Source: Callorhinchus milii (taxonomy: Eukaryota). Taken from it: DNA of 64,000 bases. The stretch covers positions 25,670,001 to 25,734,000 of the forward strand of contig NW_024704743.1 of assembly GCF_018977255.1 (NCBI RefSeq), written 5' to 3'. Below the pieces are notes generated by a model. The model was not told the origin of the DNA, did no database searches, and saw only the letters and a program-made list of their open reading frames with translations. The position numbers and the translations under genes were made by a program. This document shows positions 1 through 13,281 of the stretch, piece by piece; positions within the stretch are counted from its first letter, which is position 1; every line of letters starts with the position of its first letter.

Positions 1-276
1 AATGCGGCAGGCAATTGCACACAGCTGTGTCTCACAAACAGTCGTGGATTGAGTGACCAAATTTCTTATTTGAGGGATTATTACCCCTCCCCCCCCCGGA
101 AAGTGATCCACCAATCGACTAACAACCGGATTCCTACTTACTGCGAGATAAACAGAGGCATGTGGAGTAAGGAAACCTGCCTAAGGTTTTGCTGCACCCG
201 GGAATCGAGCCGGGGTTCTCTTGGTTGAGGGGTGCTCTCGGAGGCGAGCGCACTAACCATTAAGCTACGAGACTCC
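1..276 (-). mobile_element. tRNA-derived SINE, family A
   Basis: Reverse complement of the family head ggagtc..gtagcttaatggttag and body gtttccttactccaca. The duplicate at about 53431-53624 carries a 190-bp deletion. Confidence 0.85.
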
Positions 277-677
277 GCAAGTTTGGCACGATCAGAGTTG
301 AGAAGCCCCTTTTTATAGGGGTGGGGGAAGAACTCGCTGGTCAGGACATCCTATAGAAAATCTCTATGTCTACTCTGCCCTAACCTCGGAAGAGCACTCC
401 ATCTGGTACAGTATAATGTTAAATCAGATTCACTTTACAAGATCTGCAGTGTAGTATATGTAACAGAATGAGAGAGAATTATTGTAGCTGAGAGTCACAA
501 AGCGGTAATGCTGTGGACGTGCAGACAGATGATTGCCGATTTATATTGGATGACAATTGGATCCTTCTAAATCCGAAGCTTGAATATTGAAGTCTATATC
601 CGGTGTTGGCAATCAGCCGACACCAGTAGGTAGCCAGGGATTGGGACCATGTGACCAGTGGACAAATTAAATTTTAC

Positions 678-1250
678 TTTTTGGTCATCCAGGTGTCTGG
701 CACACGCAGAAACCCATAACTATGCTCAAAAGTGCCAGACTGAAGGTTCCATGCATCCCATCCCCACATGGAAATTTCCTTATCTGGAATGGAATGTACT
801 ACCTCTTCCCTGGAGGAAACTGGAGAATATTAGGAGCAGGTTGGCAAGAGCCAAGGCTTGAGGACCCCAGAGTGTGCGTTGGGGTACTGCTGGAGTTCAA
901 TCAGCACAAGCCACATAGCTTGCCTTTGAAGGTACCATCTGGCAAGCTGTCCCACTACTTGTCCAGCTAGGACCATCCTACCTTTTAGGGTTTTGGCTTG
1001 CAGGGCCAACAGGAGATGAGTGTGAGTATTCCCTGCTCCCTCCCAAGTCCTGCCGATGAGCCAGGCTGACTGTGCTGTCACCAGCTGTGCCCTGGAATAC
1101 TGCAGACCCGCCTGGCTCAGGAACCAGACAACCGAGACCAAGACAGAGGACTGGCTCAATTCTAATAATCTGTTGCCAAACATGTCACCTTGGAGCCAGT
1201 TCAGCTCCAAGGAGACCCCGCTTACCTCCCCCAAGGACGATGGTCACTAG
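678..1250. repeat. Unidentified old interspersed repeat (duplicate at about 54025-54597; relatives at about 16218-16280, 25466-25800, 39780-39935, 46728-46812)
   Basis: Shared blocks: T-run + gtcagctgggtgtctgacac, acatggaaatt, gaga.tattagg.gcaggttggcaa.agccaag, ttgaa.gcactatctggcaag. Confidence 0.7.
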
Positions 1251-1260
1251 TTGATCATAT

Positions 1261-1601
1261 GGAGTCCTGTAGCTCAGTGGTTAGAACGCTCGCCTTGCAA
1301 TCGAGAGGACCTGGGTTCGATTTCCGGCCTAGGCAAAATTTTGGGCAAGTTTCCTTACTCCACACTGCTCTGTTTACCAGCAGTAAGTAGGAACTCGGTT
1401 GTTAGTTGATTGGTAGATTGCTTTATTTGAAAGGGTAATAATCCCTTCAAAATAAACCAATAAAATAATATTAATAAAAAATAATGCCGAGTTTCGCCCA
1501 CAAAATATACTATCAATTCACTTTACAATATATTCTGTGAAGTGCTTTGAGATGTCTCGAAGACATGATAAGGTGCTATATCAAATGCAAAGATTATTAT
1601 T
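1261..1601 (+). mobile_element. tRNA-derived SINE, family A (duplicate at about 54608-54948)
   Basis: A box tagctcagtgg, B box ggttcgattt, shared body, tail ...aaggtgctatatcaaatgcaaagattattatt. Confidence 0.9.
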
Positions 1602-2046
1602 AAGTGGCTGAATTGCCAAAGGAATGTAGTACGGTCCAAGCTTGCTTGCGTTGGTGTCAATTCTAAGAACAGATTTGCAACAGATATTGCAGACATTGAT
1701 GCCATGTTTTGGAGATGAAGCACCCGCTTGTTTTTCGTCTGTGAAGGTAGGGGTCATTCTAAGTGCAAGAAATTTATGTATGTTTTGTGAAAACAGCAAT
1801 GAAACATGGCTGAGAACACCACGTGGTCACAAACTGTAAGTCGCTGTGTTAAGAGCGATACCAGTTTGCGACTGAAATTGCTTGAACCAAAAACAAAACT
1901 GCGAATAAATCGTGATATTGAAGGCTGGACAATAAATTAATATTGATCTTTAGTTTGATGTTATGTCTTTGGATCGAGAGCATGACTTGTGTGTTTTGTA
2001 GATGATTTATGGCAACCAGTTTGTACATGGCAATATCCCGCATTGT

Positions 2047-2415
2047 GGAGTCCTGCAGCTTAATGGTTAGAGCACTCGCCTTGCAAGCGAGAGACCTGGG
2101 TTTGATTCCCAGCAGGATAAAACGTTGGGCAAGTTTCCTTACTCCACACGCCTCTGTTTACCTAGCAGTAAGTAGGAACCCGGCTGTAAATCGATTGGCG
2201 GATTACTTTGCATGAGGTAATAATCCCGTAATAATAATAATACTAACAATTCTGATTGCTCAATCAGGACTGTTTGTGGGACACTGATGTGTGCAATTGG
2301 CTGCCTCATTTCATCCACAAAATAGATAATTCACTTTACAGTATATTCTGTGAAGCGCTTTTGAGACGTCTTGAAGGTGTGAGAAGGCGCTATATCAAAT
2401 GCAAGGATTATTATT
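2047..2415 (+). mobile_element. tRNA-derived SINE, family A (duplicate at about 55394-55762)
   Basis: Same head, body and (ATT)n tail as 1261-1601. Confidence 0.9.
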
Positions 2416-2639
2416 GCTATACACAGCTGTGAAGTTAATGACCACAATGTTGGCTAGGGAATTGGGATAAACTACAAATTGTATCTTAATGGGAGCTTTG
2501 AGTTGTATTGGTGGCAGGTTCACTGATATTGTGTATGTTTTTGAAGATCATGAGAAGGCTTGATCCTGGGATGTCTTGTTTTGTGTTGCTCCAATGGGGA
2601 AGTGCCTGTCCCCGGTACCACCTAGTTGCACAGTTGTAG

Positions 2640-2950
2640 TAATAATAATAGTTAAGCACCGCAAAGTCCCACAAACGGCCATGGAGTGAGTGACACATTT
2701 TATTTCGGGGCATTGTTGGCCTGGACATCAGGAGAAGCTCCCTTCGCTTTTCAAATAGTGCCTTGGGATCTTTAACATCTACCTGAGCAGGGACCGCAGT
2801 TTAATGTCTCATCCAAAGGATGACACCTCCAACAATGTAGTGCTCCCCCAGCCTTGTATTGGAATATGTGAGATCATAGTCCTGATGTGGGGTTTTGAAC
2901 CCACAACCTTCCAATTCGGAGGTGAAAGTGCTACTGACTGAGCCAGGCTG
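2640..2950 (-). mobile_element. tRNA-derived SINE, family B (duplicate at about 55987-56298)
   Basis: Reverse complement of tcagcctggctcagtcagtagcac...ggttgtgggttcaa...ggatgagacattaaac...gatgttaaagatccca. Confidence 0.85.
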
Positions 2951-4651
2951 AAACATGGCACAGTTGGTACGCTGAGACTCTGCCCCGCATGAAGAACGCT
3001 ACGCAAGTCAAGCTATTTTGTTGTAGAGTAAATGGGCTGAAAAAGTAATCTCTTCTGGATAAGGTATAGCTAAAGGTCCCTGATTTTTGTCTTGTTTCCC
3101 CCCCCCACCCCCCTCACAAAATGTTTCGAGGCAAATTTTGGTTGTGAATCATGGAAGTTGAGTAACAAACCTAAGTCGCTATTAGTGCACCAAATGCATT
3201 GGTGACAGTTTGTGACTACTGCATTTGCAAAAATAAATAAATAAATTGTAATTGAAATTAGTTATAAAGATTCAAATTCACTAAAGTGAATGGACACAAC
3301 AGTGGACACATTGTGAATGGACACAATGGACTCATCGCAAAACAGCAAATTTAGTGCTTTTAGCAGTGGAGCAGAATATCTACTAAACTGAAGTTAAAGG
3401 AAAAACTGAGTTTGGGGGGTGAGTTTTGTTCACAGCTGCTACCTTCACAAGTGCATTTTGCACAAATGCCCTCCAAATTTCTTCTTCTGCACTGTTGCAT
3501 TGCCTTTATTTGTTGCTGGACACTAGAGTGCTGCTTTATTAAATGCTGACTATCCACATAGAGAGAGAGAGACACACATACACACACGCACAGAGCCGGA
3601 GAGCAAGACATACACACAAATAGACAGCTGAGAGAGAGACACGCACACACAAAGCAGAGCGAGAGCGATGCAATCACATGGATAAAGAGCAGAAACAAAA
3701 AAATAATTATGGTGCACTATTAATTTACGTTGTTCACTCAGACACAGATTTATTTCCCTCCAGAGTTGGTCATGATTCCAGATGACAGTACGTATTTAGA
3801 GTATGAACAGCACCCGTTTCAAAACCCAATGACCTCCATTGCAGATGATTACCATTTATCTTGTGGGATGTTGACAGCGCCTTGGGACGTCCTCCCGACG
3901 TGAAAGGTGCTTTACAAATTTAATTTGTTTTGTTGTTAATTGAGGAATAATCAAAGTCTTTCTTTAAGCTCTTTAACTCCCTTCCACTGGTGATACGCAG
4001 GCTCTAGGTGACCCCGAACAGAACGTTAAGTTACGGATGAGCAGTAATAGTGCGGGTGAGAAGCTGCCCATTCAGGTGGATGTTAAAGATACTATGGCAT
4101 TATTCGAAAGGAGAAGGAAGCTTCTCCCAGTGTCCTGGGCAACAATCCCCCAAATAACATTGGTCATTTACTTCATGGCTTTCTGGACGACATTGTTGTG
4201 TGCAAATTGGCTGCTGTGTTCACCTACAAAGTACCCAATCACTACACTTTACTGTAAAAAGTAAAGTATCAGTCCAGCTCAGCGGTAGCACACTCCACTC
4301 TGAGTCAGAAGGTTGTGGGTTCTGTCCTGTCTGTTCAGGTGAACATTGAAGATCCCATGGCACTACACAAAAAGAGAAGGGAGTTTCTCCTGCTGTCCTG
4401 GCCAACAAAATTTCCTCTTTGCCCGTCTTCACACCTGAAGTCTTTCTTCTTTGAACATGCCCATGTCCACTCCCCCTTCTCAGTACGGGGTCAAACTATG
4501 CCATTGTTAAACACTCTGAGATGCTACCCTGAGTGAAGGATGCCGTATAAATTCAAGTTGTTGTTGCTTACTTTTTGATTATCTTAAATTTGTGCCCCAC
4601 AGAAACCAAGGATAATTGCTTATGGATTGATTTTATTTTGTCTGACACTAG

Positions 4652-4746
4652 GAGATGGCATTCCCAAAGAAAACAGCCCATTTATTAACAGCACGGATAT
4701 TGACGAAGGAACCATGTATGAGGGGAAGAACTTGGCACTTTTTGAG
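4652..4746 (+). CDS. SLC12A7: K-Cl cotransporter exon (exon 2 equivalent), copy 1
   Basis: tag|GA GAT GGC ... TTT GAG|gtaag. 95 nt, phase 1 to 0. Encodes (G)[31 protein letters not shown], a KCC N-terminal motif. KCC family is secure; the paralog name is less so. Confidence 0.9.
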
Positions 4747-5544
4747 GTAAGATAACTGGCTTACTATCTACTGGTGTAATCCAATGATGTTCCATATGAG
4801 GTAACTTTATTCCTTTATTATTAAACCCACTCCATTTACAATCATAATCCAGCATTAAAGAATACCTGGACTTCCACAAGTTTCAGTAGGGTCTGATGTA
4901 CACAAATCTTTGATGGGTTCAATTTCATGTGTTACAAATGCACAATGAATAGAACTGCAATCCACGATTTGATGATTAGCACTAGCTAGAGGTAATTATC
5001 ACATCACGGGCAGCATTTTTCAGCCCACGGGTTTTGTTTCCTTTTTTTTAAACAGAAGAGTGGGACAAACTTGTGATTTCTGTATAGACGTGGGAACAAA
5101 CCTGTCTTGGTCTCCTTGCAAGTCTCCATGCAATTCTGATCATCAAATTGGTGAAATTAAAGTGTGCAGTGTTGCTATTCTTCAACCCCCCACCACCTCA
5201 TGCTCCTCTACTTTGCAATAACTGACCTTTGTTTTCCCATCCTCGGACCTCCTCACCATTAGTAATTTGGGTTAGTGTGAGAAAAGTTTTCTCTGTAAAT
5301 TGATAATGGATCTCTTTCATTTATTGCAGCTCTTAAATTAGAAGGTCACGCTTTTTGGATATCAATCTGATTCATCTCTGTCAAAGACTGGGTACTGATT
5401 CTGCTAACGAGGCATAACAAACTTATTTAACACCGAGGAAGGGAGAAAGGTCAAAAATTGCTGAGAGTTATTCAACGTCTAGGGAACATAATAGGTTTGT
5501 TTTGCACAAAGTTCCATGAAGTCTGGGTGTTTAGCAAAGAGACA

Positions 5545-5990
5545 AGAACAACAACAGATTGCATTTATACAGAACCTTTTCATGTCGGGAGGATGTCCTA
5601 AGGTGCTGGACAGTGAAGGGTTTGCACCTGCGATGGGGGTTGGAGTTGAGGGAAGTGGAGGGTAAGGGGGTGGAGGAGGATGACAGAAGGTTAAAGAGAA
5701 GTGGCGGAGGGTTCAGGGATGGAGTTCCAGAGGGTGGGGACAAAAAAGGCTGAAGGTCTGACAGCTGATGGTGGAGCGAGCAGGGCGGGAGATGTGGAGC
5801 AGGCCAGTGCCTGCCGAACGGACAGGTTGGTAACATTTTAGTAGGTCGCAGAGGTAGGGAGGATGAATGTGGGGTTTAAAGCACAGTTGAGGGTCAAACA
5901 AGACAACAAGGTTCCGGACTGGCTCAGTGAGGTTGAGTGTGCATGCATGAACAGTGATGCTGTCAGTGCCTGCGGTGTGGAAGCGCATGG
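5545..5990 (-). mobile_element. L2 LINE 3' fragment (duplicate at about 58890-59335)
   Basis: Minus frames give VRNLVVLFDPQLCFKPHI..PPYLCDLL..YQPVRS and PTLWNSIP; (CAA)n tail on +. Confidence 0.85.
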
Positions 5991-6050
5991 TTACGTGTCA
6001 AAGAACATTTTGGAAAAGAGGAATATTCTTCTCCCAATTCTGACCAACAG

Positions 6051-6182
6051 GAGGAACTGGACAGAAACCCAATGGTGTCCTCCCTGCTCAATAGACTGGC
6101 AAACTATACGAACCTCACCCAAGGTGTGAAGGAGCATGAAGAGGCGGAAAACAATGATGGACCCAAAAAGAAAGAGGTTAAG
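6051..6182 (+). CDS. SLC12A7: K-Cl cotransporter exon (exon 3 equivalent), copy 1
   Basis: cag|GAG GAA CTG ... GTT AAG|gtaaat. 132 nt. Encodes EELDRNPMVSSLLNRLANYTNLTQGVKEHEEAENNDGPKKKEVK, including the conserved LANYTNLxQG segment. Confidence 0.93.
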
Positions 6183-7672
6183 GTAAATGCATTGCCCTTT
6201 CACCTTAGGCGGACATTAGGCTGCTATTGTTGGGATTTGTAGGATAGCTCTGACCAAATGCTTTCTGTCTGACTGCCTTGAGACATATGAATCTGTATGG
6301 GTGCCACAATTAAGCCTTATACTTTATATTAAAGAAAATGATCTGATGCGTGGATCTTATCTTCGGACACAAATAAAGCATTTATTTTAAAATGCTTTCA
6401 GTGCAGGGGGTCAGAATGAATATGTGATACTTTAGATTACTTCTGTTTAAGAACCCAGGATGGGATATGCTGTGACAAGGTATTGTGGAGCATGGAGACT
6501 GTCTGAATTTGTGTGGCTCCATCGTGAGCAAGCACAAGGGCAGTCAGCACCAGATATATGGGGATCTGATTCAAATGTTCTTTGCGTTGTGTTTATTTTT
6601 ACTCTGTACTTTTTGTGAAATAAATCATGGATTTATATACGTAGCTGCCTTATTGCAATACAGAAATTAGTAAGGGTTCTTATTTGCTGTTTAAACAGCA
6701 GAAATTCACAACAGGATTTACAAACCTTTTAACAGAGATTCAGCTGGAAACTGGCAGTGCTTCACAGGCAATTCCTACTCCAAAGTTCTGCAATTTTGTG
6801 TGGCATTAACTGACTGGATTCCCTGTTAGCAACTGAGCCTTTATTAACTTCAATGCAGTGCTGGTGAGCACTGCCTTTTGGTTAAAGTATTCCAAACTGA
6901 GGTCCCATCTGGCTGTTCTTCAGGTGGACATTAAAGATCCCAAGTGCTTCACATGATTACTGTAAAGTGCAGTATCGTGGATGCTGTTGAAGAGAGACTC
7001 TGACACGCTTCAAGCATTCCACATGCAGTGTTAGCGCCAGATTCCCACAATTTCTGCCTCCCGCATTCCCCCGATTTAAAAAAAAAACTGGTTCATCAGT
7101 CTGAGGACAAATATTTCAGTCACTGTATTATCCTCCCATCCACACCCCCTCCCACTACTTCATCACATTGTCAACACCAAAAATGATAATATTATCCATT
7201 CCAAAAGTCTTCTTCCTTCTGTTACCAAGTGATTTGTTCAGGTCCATAAATAGATCCAAACTATGTATTGATAAAGGGCTTGTGGAAAAACAGTTTGTTC
7301 TAAAACTAGAGTTCTGTGGCTTTATAAGACGCTGTCTCAGCTATAACTGATGCCTCAAAGAAAAGCCAAGACCTAGTTCACGGCACTTCCCAAGAGGGAT
7401 AGAGTGAGTGCCTACTGTCCTCAATGGTGAGTAGGATATGAGACATTTTTGCTGATCCTCAGCTCACACAGCGATAAGGTCTTGTGTTTAGAGCTTACAG
7501 GTCAGAGTGGATCAGAATGAAAAGTGTTTTCAGCCACTTTCAGATGATTATCTCAGTTTTATATCCATGTACTGTATTTCTGATTGTTACTGAGGTTTGT
7601 TTTTGGTAGTGTCAGCTTCTTCAATAATCGATGACCTCCCCTTACAGCATGCATTTTGATATCTCTCAAGGT

Positions 7673-8069
7673 GTCAGCCTTGCTTAGTTAGTAGCACTCA
7701 TGCTTCTGAGTCAGATTATTGTGTGTTCAATCCCCATTTGGAGACTTGGAATTCATATAGTCCAAGTTGACACTCCAATGCTGCATTATTGCAGGCACTA
7801 TACTTTGGATGAAGCGATAAACCGAGGCTCCATCTGGCTGTTTAGGGTGGACGTTAAAGATCCTATCCAAACAGAGAAGAGAGGTTCTACCGTTGTCCTA
7901 GCCAACAATCCCCAACAAATTAGTAATTAATTGCTGTTTGTAGGACATTGCTGTGCGCAAAATTGTCTGCTGCGTTTTCAAACCACTTTACAGTATATCC
8001 TGTCAAGTACTTTGGGATGTCCTCCTGACATGAAATGTGCTGTAGCCTTTTGTTATTATTACTATTACT
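7673..8069 (+). mobile_element. tRNA-derived SINE, family B (duplicate at about 61016-61423)
   Basis: gtcagccttgcttagttagtagcactc head, taaaccgagg...ggacgttaaagatcc core, degenerate tail. Confidence 0.85.
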
Positions 8070-8134
8070 GTTCGTTTCCTTTGCAGAGCTACAAATTGGC
8101 ACACTAGAGCTGACTCTTCACCTCTTTGTGTTAC

Positions 8135-8480
8135 AGTCTGGCTGAATTGGTGGCACTCTCACCTGTGTCAGAATTTGTGGGATCAAGCCACATATCGGGA
8201 CTTTCAATTTACATAGTCTTGGTGACACTCCAGTGAGCGCTTGTAGTATGCAACATTGTCAGAAGTGTGGTCCTTTAGATGGGACATTTAGCCGAGGACA
8301 GAGGACCTGTCTGCCTGTTCAGGTGGATGTTAAAGGTGCCTTGGCACTATTCGAGAAGAGAAGGCAGTTTCTTCTAGTGTCCTGGACAACAATCTCCCAA
8401 CATTCTGCCTGGTCTTCAGGTGGACATTGAAGATCTCATGATTCTTTCCAAAAAGAGGAAGTTTATTCCTAGTGCCCTGG
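8135..8480 (+). mobile_element. SINE family B with a repeated core segment; present only in copy 1
   Basis: Head and core, with caggtgga..ttaaag/ttgaag occurring twice (about 8320 and 8418). Confidence 0.75.
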
Positions 8481-9448
8481 CAATCTGCCAGGTTATTTAA
8501 ACATTGCTAGTTGGTAGCTCTTTCAAAAAGCCAGCACAGGCGTAATGGGCTCCTTCTGTGCTGTAAGATTTTACGATTTTATGATTAACATTCCTTTTAA
8601 GGAATCTTGTAAAAAATTAACTCATGGGACTTCTGCTCTGGAGGTACAGTGGAGTCCTGTTATAACGCTGTGGTCGGCATCCATAAAATCCTAACCTGTG
8701 CTATAGTGAGACACAATAGCTGGTTTCACTGCATATGTGTCCTCACTTCGGGAGGACGTCTGAAAGAGCTTCGCAGAGCTGGGTGGGCATCCAAGATGGG
8801 GGTGGGGAGAGGAGGATTAATTGAAAGCGCCATCAAAGAAGTACATTTTGAGACGCACCTTGAAAGAGAACAGGGAAGGAGTGAGTCAGGTGGAGTTTGA
8901 GATTGGATTTGTCTCTTTCAATCAGTGATGTGGTGCAGGAGACTAGATTAGTACATCTGTACTATCCACACCTTATCCTCCTGGCACTGACTGTGGGGTG
9001 TGAAGGGGGCATGCGAGGACCTCTGTCAAAGTAGAACCGAGATGTTTGAATATTGTTGAAGAGCAGGACTAGCTTTTTAATAACTATCACTGATTCCTTG
9101 AAAATTCTGGACTGTCAATTGGAACTTTAAAGGTGAACACCTATTTGACTCTACTTTTAAACACTGTGATCAGATGTCTTATCAAGGCCACTTCTTCAAG
9201 CTGGTCTCTATGGCCAAGGCACCACCTACACAATAAGGTCCTTAAGCACTGCGCTTGTCGCTGAGCACACCCTTCCAATTATGGGAACGTTGTACCGTTC
9301 AGTGGTACTGGTTGGTTTATACGATGAGTGGGAATCAATCTCACAGTGGTGGCAAGGGCCGCTGTCTTTGTGATCCACCACCTCAATGTAGCCAGCATTG
9401 GATAGACGCTTGGAGCCAAGGTTTAATTCATTCTCTAATGCCTTCCAG

Positions 9449-9595
9449 GCTCCTCGAATGGGGACTTTTATCGGAGTCTATCTGCCGTGTCTACAGAACA
9501 TCCTGGGAGTCATCCTATTCCTACGTTTGACATGGATTGTGGGGGCTTCGGGAATCATGGAATCGTTCTGGATTGTCTTCATGTGCTGTGCCTGC
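9449..9595 (+). CDS. SLC12A7: K-Cl cotransporter exon (exon 4 equivalent, TM1-TM2), copy 1
   Basis: ccttccag|GCT CCT CGA ATG ... GCC TGC|gtaagt. 147 nt. Encodes [58 protein letters not shown] and WIVG are KCC4-type from recall. Confidence 0.95.
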
Positions 9596-9814
9596 GTAAG
9601 TAGTCTTGTCCCACAAAAGCTGCTGGACGTGATAAATTGACCTGTTACAGGGAGCCAGTTATTGTGTGGATGGAATTAGTGCGTTACAGCTGAAATTCTC
9701 TGCCCAGACTACGTGAACGAAAGAGGAATGTCATCATTGGAAGGAAACCTCTCCACCTTCTTGGTCAAACCCATCCAAAGGAGAAACACTGGGTTCTAAA
9801 TTTTAAGACTAACA

Positions 9815-9949
9815 ACAGGCTTTGTAACCAGAGGATCCTGAACGTCTTTCCTGCTGACCCTCTGGACTCCACTCCCTCTCCCAACTCACTCCCTCGCTCA
9901 AAGTCAGTGTCCAGATGGAGTTTCAGAGGTCACTGGTTACAAATCCTGT
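9815..9949. mobile_element. MITE-like element (duplicate at about 62135-62269)
   Basis: Terminal inverted repeats acaggctttgtaaccag and ctggttacaaatcctgt (one mismatch). No TSD recognised. Confidence 0.5.
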
Positions 9950-10017
9950 GAAATTCAAAATTTGGATCACGCTGTGGAATTATTGAACCTCGTTCGCAAT
10001 GATGTATTTTTCACCTT

Positions 10018-10057
<40 letters not shown>
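10018..10057. repeat. Compound (GT)n(GA)n microsatellite; shorter in copy 2 (about 62338-62371)
   Basis: Directly visible. Confidence 0.95.
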
Positions 10058-10316
10058 CATATGTCCCAGCACCTTGGGACGTTCTCCCAATGTGAAAGGC
10101 GCTATACAAATGTAATTTGTTCTTGTGTGAGAGAGAAAGAGTGTGTGTGAGTGAGTTTGAGAGAAAAAGAGAGTGTGTGTGTGAGACAGTGGGTATATGT
10201 TTGCTCTAGGAAAGGGGTAGCTAAAATCATTTCTGAATGCCTGTCGCTGAGGATTTCTCTGTGTGATTACTGTACTGATTTCCAGCTAATGCTCAATGCT
10301 GAGTCTCTCTCCACAG

Positions 10317-10371
10317 ACCTTGCTGACTGCCATATCGATGAGTGCTATTGCAACCAATGGTGTGGTGCCAG
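10317..10371 (+). CDS. SLC12A7: K-Cl cotransporter exon (exon 5 equivalent), copy 1
   Basis: ccacag|ACC TTG ... GTG CCA G|gtaaat. 55 nt. Encodes TLLTAISMSAIATNGVVP, the SLC12 SAIATNG motif. Confidence 0.95.
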
Positions 10372-11052
10372 GTAAATTAAGATTCCAGTAAAGCAAAAAA
10401 AAGGCATCTCCTAGTGTACATGATCTGTATTTTTGGTCAGAATTATATTGACCTTTTATTGTCCTTTTACTGTAAATGGTGGCTACATTAATGTTAACAA
10501 AGGGTGAGATTGCTGGTGTTGGGATCTTCAGAGCTCCCCCTCCTCCCCCCACATAAACCCTGTCCATTGTATATGCTGTTCTTTTCTATTGAGGAGAACA
10601 GAATATTGTCCAGAGACTATATTGGGAAGGTTTACCTGTTCTCTTTGTTGTTGATGTGGTCGCAAGCCCCTAATCTCCTTTAATGTAGGGGTTCCTGAAT
10701 TGCTGGCCTGCATGGAGATGCCTAAACATTGGAGAAGGTCTAGCCACCAGAACTGAAGGCACAACCATGATGCTCAAAATGAACGTATCACATGTGCTCA
10801 TTTGTTTGTGTGTTGCCATCAACCCTGTGGAGTAACTACCTGCCTCCTTATCCCCTCCCCCAACTACATTGCAAAGGGACACTCACTATGAGTTGAAGCA
10901 ACTTAGCTTTGCAAACACCGTACCGGTTTCTTTGCATTCAATTCAGGAGAGGTTGATGTCTATTTTATTACTGTAACACTGTCGAGGACTTTGTACTTGC
11001 TGACGAGATAGTTTATTAATTTCTGGATAAACCAGTTCTAGACTTTTACTAG

Positions 11053-11382
<330 letters not shown>

Positions 11383-13281
11383 TGATTATGTCTGGGAATA
11401 TCCTCTCTTGTTCCCACCTCACCCAGATATTTTCATATCATACAAATCCATGTAAAGGGAGGAGATAAATGTGTTGGCTCTCACGTGTACTTACCCCACA
11501 GGCACATTTCCCTCAAAACGCCATTGTCTGTTTCCGTGCTGTAACAGTGTATGCAATCCTAAGTATTGGGATATTGGGAGTAGAAACCATGGATGCATCA
11601 GTCTTTTTGACAGGAGATATGATTGTAGTTTGGTAAAATAATAGCAGTACTTTGAGATGCACCAAGACAACAGGAAACAGGGAAGGGATTAGAGTATGCG
11701 ATAGGGCAAATTAGGGCAAGGGAGGTTGTGACCAGGAAACTGGACTCATTTAAGAAACAACCGTACGCTGCAATAGTGAGTTTGGATGGTTGGTATTCTG
11801 GATGAGATCATTAATGTGCCAAATGGCCTTCTTCATCCAAGCCTCTCATGGATCTTGTGACTTCTCACAGTCCTTAAGGTGGAGCCTGCCACCTAGAGGC
11901 CTGGCTAGGAGCTGGTGAAGGCCTTACAATCAAAGGCAAGTGATGTGAGTTGTCTTGGGAATAGGATGTTCTCCATCGGTGCAGCATGAAAATCTTTGGC
12001 TTTTAATTTCATTTCTAAACCAGATAAGTTACCTAATGCAACACAAGATGACTTATTTTCGAATCACATCAAGAAATAATGCAGAGTTAGACCACGCTAC
12101 ACAAAAAATGTCCAGAGTGACACAATGGCAAGTTTGGATGGGAATGGGAATGAAGGCTGCTTTGCCAGATATGATGTACTTGATGAGAACGTTTTAGCTA
12201 AAATAAACTCATCACCCAAGTGTTCAGGGAGGTTCCTCTCCAGAACTGTGCCCTCACCCAAGGTCCTCACTGCCTGTAGACTCCTCACCTGGAATGTCCC
12301 ACAGACTTCCCTTTTAGAGGGATGCCTGGATGCCTCCTCTCCCTCCCCCCCATTCCCGAGAAGTTGAGACTTGCAGTAACACAATGATAGGAGCACAATC
12401 CCCACATTGAGCCCATTGTGCTCCCCACACCGGAGCCCAAGTAAGTGGATAACAGACAATACTGAGTGTTCGTGACCATTGAAATGAGGGTAGAAATCAT
12501 TGTTCATATTCTTGTACACTTGCCTGGTGCACAGTTCAGCCAGTAAAATACACCTAATGCCTTGTTCAGTGTTTGAAAACCTACCCAGCGTGAAGGGAAT
12601 TATATCAATGCAAGTTGTTTAGAATGTATAAATTGGGGTTGAGCAATGAGATTCCAAAGCCAATACCAATGGAGCAGTTGAGGACTTCTTTGGACAGCAG
12701 ATTATTAAACAGCTAGCTGGCTAACAGAGTTACCAGACAGACGGACAATCTCCCAAGTTCTATGCGTGTGCTTAGTTCACGTGTGCAGAACTCTCCTTAG
12801 CCCCCACCAACGTGATTAATAGCAGGAAGTATAAATCAGGCTTTCTGCTCTTAATCACCTTATTGCTTTAAGAAATATTGCTTTGCTTCCAACAATCTAA
12901 ATAGATCTTAAGATAGGAATGATTAAGCTGTAGAATTTGCTGTGTTTTCATCAGTGAGTGATCCCAGTCTTTCCCGTGATTCATTAGTGAAATGAAACCT
13001 AGACAGTCTAATCTAATGTTCTATATAATATACCCTTGCAATGAAATTTGTGTCTTATCTATTCAACATTAAGTCAATTTTGGCAATGGGGATGAAATAA
13101 CATAGCGATTCCTGCCAGTAAGTGAATGTGTGTCACACCAACCTACAGAACCCGCTTCAATGTACCTGGCTGTTTGTTGACATAAGAGCTGAGTTCTCAC
13201 ATATCAGTATGATGCCCATTCAGTTACCAGCCAGAGTTTGTATCTGCAACCTCCTGTTACAGATATCAAGGGAGAAATACA

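Noticed and set aside
1261..1335. tRNA gene-like sequences (A and B boxes, ttgcaa loop) here and at other SINE heads
   Set aside because: No proper acceptor stem, and each continues into a shared SINE body and tail. They are SINE heads, not tRNA genes.
658..1390. Cluster of overlapping ORFs repeated at 54005-54737
   Set aside because: The repetition comes from the large duplication, and the ORFs lie in an old repeat and a SINE.
3286..3331. Short repeats of tggacaca as a CRISPR-like or functional array
   Set aside because: Only three to four irregular short units with no spacer structure, in eukaryotic intron; ordinary slippage duplication.
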